Positions 45,550 through 47,162 of a stretch of DNA of 47,162 nt are shown piece by piece. Numbering within the stretch: the stretch's first letter is position 1; each line of letters starts with the position of its first letter. Both the position numbers and the translations under genes were made by a program. The notes beneath the pieces were generated by a model that did not search any database, was not told where the DNA came from, and was given only the letters and a program-made list of their open reading frames with translations. Source of the DNA: Candidatus Campbellbacteria bacterium (lineage in GTDB: Bacteria > Patescibacteriota > Minisyncoccia > Phycocordibacterales > GCA-2747955); the NCBI GenBank assembly GCA_947311625.1, contig CAMZKW010000006.1:1-47162 (forward strand). Reading direction: 5' to 3'.

Positions 45550-46335
45550 TTAGTGATGATGAGCAAATTCTTTCACTAATCACATTATTAAAATTCCTAA
45601 AAGAACAAATAAAAATTCTATTACAATTTGTGATTTTTTATCATGTTTATGGTTGTGTAATTCTGGAATTAAAGATGCTAGGGCTAAATAAATGAAACTC
45701 CCGCCAGCCAGAGCTGTTAAATAAATTCCAATATTTTGAATAAAGTTTGAAGCAAAGATTGTTAAAATAGCTCCTAAGATTGCAGTTAAACCTGATAAAA
45801 AATTAAATCACAAAGCCTTCATTTTTTCAAAACCAGCATTTAATAAAATACCAAAATCTCCAATTTCCTGAGGTAATTCATGAGCAAATATAACAATAGT
45901 TGTTATAACCCCAAGATGAATATCTGTTAGAAATGCTGAGGCAATAGCTACTCCATCTAAAAAATTATGAAAAGCATCTGAAAACAATATTAAATATCCG
46001 CTGGTTTTAATTTTATTTTGTTGGCAACTTTCACATTTATTTCTATTAGCATTATGATGTAAATGCAAAACCTTTTCAATAATAAAGAATAATAGAATAC
46101 CTACTAAAATTAAATATGTTAAGTTTTGGAAGTCAATATTTTTTTTAATAGACATCATTTCTAATTTTGGAAGTAGGTGAATAAAGAATCCTCCAAGTAA
46201 GGCACCAGTTGAAAGTGCCACCAAGAAAGGAATTATTTTTTTTATTTTTTCTTCCTTAAAGCTTAAAGTTAAAATTCCCACAAAGGCGGTTAGTGAAATT
46301 ATAAAAACTGCTGTTAAAATATATAAAGTTGTCAT
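45550..46335 (-). CDS. ZIP family metal transporter, UGA=Trp
   Basis: DAFHNFLDG, AHELPQEIGDF, L*FNFLSG, ASLIPELH, His-rich C-terminus. Confidence 0.92.
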
Positions 46336-46396
46336 TTTTATATTATAACATAGCTGTCAAGTTTTAATTTTTAAAATAATTTGGTATAATATTTTT

Positions 46397-46822
46397 ATGA
46401 AAATTTTACTATTGGATAATGTAAGAAAAGTGGGACAAAAAGGTGATGTAGTTGATGTAGCCGATGGATATGCTAGAAACTTTTTGATGAAAAATGGCTT
46501 AGGAAGACCAGCAATTGGAGCAAATTTAAAAAATATTAAAAATGCACAAAAAATAAAAGAAGATAAAAAAAATTCTGAAAAAAAAGAATTGGAAGATTTA
46601 TATAAAAAAATAAATAAAAAAACTTTTATTTTAAAACAAAAAGCTTCTGAAAAAGGTCATCTTTTTGGTGGTGTTCATAAAAAAGATATTTCAGATTTAT
46701 TTGGAGGAAATCAAAATATGATTTTATTAGAAAAAGATATTAAAGAAGTGGGAGAATATGATTTAAAAGTTAAATTAGGGGAATTAAAAGCAAAGATTAC
46801 TTTGATCGTGGAAGCTGAATAA
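46397..46822 (+). CDS. rplI: 50S ribosomal protein L9
   Basis: MKILLLDNVRKVGQKGDVVDVADGYARNFL, LFGGV. Confidence 0.95.
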   Translation: MKILLLDNVRKVGQKGDVVDVADGYARNFLMKNGLGRPAIGANLKNIKNAQKIKEDKKNSEKKELEDLYKKINKKTFILKQKASEKGHLFGGVHKKDISDLFGGNQNMILLEKDIKEVGEYDLKVKLGELKAKITLIVEAE

Positions 46823-46840
46823 TAGTTAAGAATTATAATT

Positions 46841-46866
46841 TAAAACTGGTGGTGCCACCAGTTTTA
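46841..46866. repeat. Palindrome family member with collapsed centre
   Basis: TAAAACTGGTGG-TG-CCACCAGTTTTA. Confidence 0.75.
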
Positions 46867-46883
46867 TTTTTATAAAAAATAAC

Positions 46884-46911
46884 TTGACTTTTTTATAAAA
46901 AAGTATATAAT
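46884..46911 (+). promoter_or_regulatory. sigma70-type promoter
   Basis: TTGACT 46884-46889, 16 nt, TATAAT 46906-46911. Confidence 0.6.
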
Positions 46912-46989
46912 ATTTGGCAGGTAAGATGTTTAGATTTTTTAATTTATTAAAAAATCTTTAGGAAAAAGAAAAAATCCAAGGAGGATTAA

Positions 46990-47162
46990 ATGGCGATTGA
47001 AACCATCACAAGTACAGAAGCATTTAAACAATTGGTAGAAGAGATAAAACAGAGTGAGGGCTACAGAGAGCCGATCGCATTTGGTATCGCGCGTGTCGAT
47101 CGTGGACAGCTAAGTGTAGAGGCGGTACTGCAGGCCAACTATGCGATCGTCAACTGGATGGA
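46990..47162 (+). CDS. dapD: 5' fragment of Campylobacterota-type tetrahydrodipicolinate N-succinyltransferase (truncated by window end)
   Basis: MAIETITSTEAFKQLVEEIKQSEGYREPIAFGIARVDRGQLSVEAVLQANYAIVNW matches, from memory, the Campylobacter-type DapD N-terminus (GY..P.AFGIAR.DRGQL); AGGAGG SD; abrupt GC rise. Confidence 0.7.
   Translation, partial: MAIETITSTEAFKQLVEEIKQSEGYREPIAFGIARVDRGQLSVEAVLQANYAIVNWM

Overview
A very AT-rich (roughly a quarter G+C by eye) bacterial chromosome segment with mostly + strand genes. The gene set points to a Patescibacteria/Parcubacteria-type genome, which is an inference: short YebC, N-terminal-only AtpC, scattered atp genes, PilB/GspE, VirB2-like pilin, DUF2207-LemA, and no Shine-Dalgarno (SD) on core genes. 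The supplied ORF track is fragmented because the housekeeping genes read UGA as Trp (RpoD ATW*IRQ, SOD DV*EHAYY, YebC GHNK*SK, UppS GNRR*A). That is code 4, not the UGA=Gly code 25 known for Gracilibacteria/Absconditabacteria. Re-read this way there are about 45 core CDS and 4 tRNAs (Lys-CTT, Glu-TTC, Tyr-GTA, Asp-GTC). Most core genes have an extended -10 (TGnTATAAT/TGnTAAAAT) typically 6 nt before ATG, implying leaderless mRNAs. Interspersed among them are about 14 mostly orphan 'class B' genes with a different grammar: mostly strong AGGAG(G) SD, often TTGACA-polyA-TATAAT promoters, TGG-only Trp, and UGA apparently used as stop (ATGA overlaps, terminators right after TGA). These islets are usually bordered by GC-rich palindromes with C-GNA-G triloops. 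The same loop seeds perfect palindromes inside three coding sequences (one degenerate). The window ends in a GC-richer, Campylobacterota-like dapD fragment.
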